From the IMG/VR virus record IMGVR_UViG_3300028883_000032, positions 124,001 through 188,000 of that record: a stretch of 64,000 nt of DNA; one strand, given 5' to 3'. The notes under the pieces were generated by a model. That model worked only from the letters and a program-made list of their open reading frames with translations, made no database searches and was not told where the DNA came from. The position numbers and the translations under genes are program-made. Shown one piece after another: positions 61,727 through 64,000 of the stretch (position 1 is the first letter of the stretch; each line of letters starts with the position of its first letter).

Positions 61727-63746
61727 TATATACGTTTCCTTGTATTATAGCTTGATACACTCGATCCTGTCTTTCCTTAACAAAAGGCTTTCCTTCGGCC
61801 TCGTTTCCCCAGGAGTTATAATCCCCATCATCCACAGGAGAATCGCCAAGAGAGGTGGCCATGTATGTATGTTCTTCTGAATTTAATGGTTTAGTTGGAT
61901 CGGCTAGCACAAAATTCCAAAAATCTGATTCCTTTACCAAACTTCGTTTTAACAATGGTTTTATTGTTCTGTTAATATCTGCTTCAGATACTCCTTGAGT
62001 AATTGTTTTAATATAAGTTACAAAAGCTTGCATAACTTTCGTAGGATCATTTGTTTCTTCTGTTACTTTATCTAAGTAGTCTTTTAAGTTGGAATCCTCT
62101 AATTCTCCAGTAATTTGTGGATAAGTTTCACTGTAAATTTTGGATGCCCCATATTTTGAGTCGTCAAACAAAGCAGGAAATGAGGGTATGTAGTCATTGT
62201 AATATAACCCAACATTTTTAGTTTGTGAAGAGCCTATAACAGCATTCTCGCTTACTAGTTTTGGTGCTCTTATGCTAAGTGTTTGAGTTGCTGTTCCTCC
62301 AGCACTTATTATAGTAGTAATCCCAGCAATGGTGCCATATACAGAAGGGAATATGGGGTCAACTATTAAAGCGGGAAAGCCAACTAGCCTGTGCGGGCTA
62401 TAAACGGTTGTAATATCAAAAGTTCTGTATCTATACCTTTGGTCAAAAAATTTCAAATCAACCATTTTTTGGATAACCCCATCTCCTGCTTTGGAGTCAT
62501 CTTCTCCAGTAAAAATGTCATCAATGATGGTTAAATCATTTATACCTAGTATTGGGCCTTCGGGATCTTCTGTTGGTTCCTGATTGTTTTTCTTTGCAGA
62601 ATATACATCTGCCAAAGTATACGCTAATCCGCTGGATGCCTTTGCCCTTGTGGCATTGATTCCTCTTATCTTTTCTTCGTCGGTCATTTTTCCACTTAGC
62701 TTGTTTTCGGATTCTCTAAAAATTAACTTTGGGCTTACCCACTCATGTAAACCAAAAGCATTTTCTGCCGCTCCAAGCGATATTTGGAGTGGGTCAAGAC
62801 GCATTATGTGACGAGTTGGCTCACTAGCCATATTCCGCGCATAAGACATGCGTACGACTTCGTTTGGTAAGACTACATTGCATAAGGCAGGTAAAAAATA
62901 ATCAGTTCTTGGTTTTATGAACAAGCTTATTGGCGCTTTATTTCCTGTATCATCATCTGTATAACTTGGTGCTGCTACTGCATTGAATTCATAATTAAGA
63001 AACGATGTTAATTCTGTTAATATGGAATTTAATGGCACGTAAACTGGCCATCTAACCACATTATCTTTTAACAATTTATTTAGTGCTGCTTGACTTATAT
63101 TATCATTTCCTATATTATTGTCTAAAGTTATAATTCTATTAGAGATCTTTAGTGATTTATCCAGTAACTTTGGATAAGGGTTGTTCGCTAGAACTAGTGG
63201 TATTAAACCGTTTTCTCCTGTAAAGAATTCTTTTAGTGTTGACCCTTCATTAAGAGCGGTTACTAAAACAGATGTGGCTGTATTAGTAGGCACTTCATCT
63301 GACATCACTAGTTTTTTAGGGGGTCTGGATCTTTTGCCTCCGTCTACTCCCCCGGAATCCATATCCCCATTCATAACAACCATGTGGCCATCAAAGGTAG
63401 CTGGATTTTGAATTGTTCCCTTTTTCAAGTAAGCTCTATTTAACTCATCTACCAAACTAGTAAATGTTGCCTCAATACCCCTGTTGGATCCAGAACGAGA
63501 AAAACTTATACCGGCTAAACTCCCCTCAAAAATCAGGTAGTATTCCGGCTCTCCCCCATCGCTGGTAGCATCGCTATAAAATACATGCGCTAGTGTCTTT
63601 GGTAGCATGTATAAAAACGCATCGCTAAGAGGTAAAGATACAACAGCTGATGGCGGGCCACCAGTGCTCTCCTGAATAGAAATACTGTTAAAGGGTACTT
63701 CCAACCCTTCCAAATATAATTTACATTGTATATAACTTGCTGACAT
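61719..63746 (-). CDS. baseplate hub-like protein (gp27/gp44/VgrG-type)
   Basis: KLYLEGLEVPF.SISI, HVFY, LIFEG.L.G.S; context. Confidence 0.6.
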   Translation of the reverse strand: MSASYIQCKLYLEGLEVPFNSISIQESTGGPPSAVVSLPLSDAFLYMLPKTLAHVFYSDATSDGGEPEYYLIFEGSLAGISFSRSGSNRGIEATFTSLVDELNRAYLKKGTIQNPATFDGHMVVMNGDMDSGGVDGGKRSRPPKKLVMSDEVPTNTATSVLVTALNEGSTLKEFFTGENGLIPLVLANNPYPKLLDKSLKISNRIITLDNNIGNDNISQAALNKLLKDNVVRWPVYVPLNSILTELTSFLNYEFNAVAAPSYTDDDTGNKAPISLFIKPRTDYFLPALCNVVLPNEVVRMSYARNMASEPTRHIMRLDPLQISLGAAENAFGLHEWVSPKLIFRESENKLSGKMTDEEKIRGINATRAKASSGLAYTLADVYSAKKNNQEPTEDPEGPILGINDLTIIDDIFTGEDDSKAGDGVIQKMVDLKFFDQRYRYRTFDITTVYSPHRLVGFPALIVDPIFPSVYGTIAGITTIISAGGTATQTLSIRAPKLVSENAVIGSSQTKNVGLYYNDYIPSFPALFDDSKYGASKIYSETYPQITGELEDSNLKDYLDKVTEETNDPTKVMQAFVTYIKTITQGVSEADINRTIKPLLKRSLVKESDFWNFVLADPTKPLNSEEHTYMATSLGDSPVDDGDYNSWGNEAEGKPFVKERQDRVYQAIIQGNVYNV

Positions 63747-63747
63747 A

Positions 63748-63960
63748 TTAGTACATACTGCCTTCTGGAGACACGTAATTTTTGGTTGTTTGAGCCCATG
63801 GGGCGCGTTTAAGAATTGATATTAAATCTTCCAATTGCATGCTAAGAGTAAATTGCATTTTACCTGCTGCATCCAAATCTGCATTTTTTAATTGGTCCGC
63901 TAAAGAACCTTTAGCGGCATCTTCTGGAAGAGACTGAACCAAGCTATCAAATCTATTCAA
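63748..63960 (-). CDS. hypothetical protein (70 aa)
   Basis: ORF track; abuts the hub-like gene. Confidence 0.55.
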   Translation of the reverse strand: MNRFDSLVQSLPEDAAKGSLADQLKNADLDAAGKMQFTLSMQLEDLISILKRAPWAQTTKNYVSPEGSMY

Positions 63961-64000
63961 GGATGAAAATACTGTTTCTGCTTGCGAGGTTAGTTTTTCT

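Noticed and set aside
1-64000. Stop-codon reassignment (alternative genetic code)
   Set aside because: Long conserved genes are intact under code 11, genes end in TAA, TAG and TGA, and no suppressor tRNA was found.

Overview
A 64-kb AT-rich segment of a large (jumbo-type) tailed phage genome with a contractile-tail-type baseplate. The left arm (1-29.6 kb, almost all + strand) is a dense run of small accessory genes. It also carries a four-enzyme NAD salvage route (pncA, pncB, nadD, nadE), a CCA-adding enzyme, MazG/HAD/NADAR/Nudix enzymes, three tRNAs, a tmRNA, and an RNA ligase gene split by a 2.36-kb group I intron that contains seven ORFs. The centre holds a fused beta-beta' multisubunit RNA polymerase (- strand), a candidate structured RNA, and a retron-type reverse transcriptase preceded by a tandem array of three msr-msd-like ncRNA units. 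The longest unit's template is packed with restriction-site palindromes; this retron locus is the top candidate for a new system. The right arm (42-64 kb, - strand) is the virion/lysis module: portal, a single-repeat mitochondrial-carrier-like protein, endolysin/holin/spanin-like genes, a PAS protein, tail fibre and baseplate genes, and a sigma70-family factor. A GGHATAAGA promoter-like motif recurs at least 12 times on the + strand. All calls come from reading motifs and base-pairing by eye; no database searches or folding programs were run.
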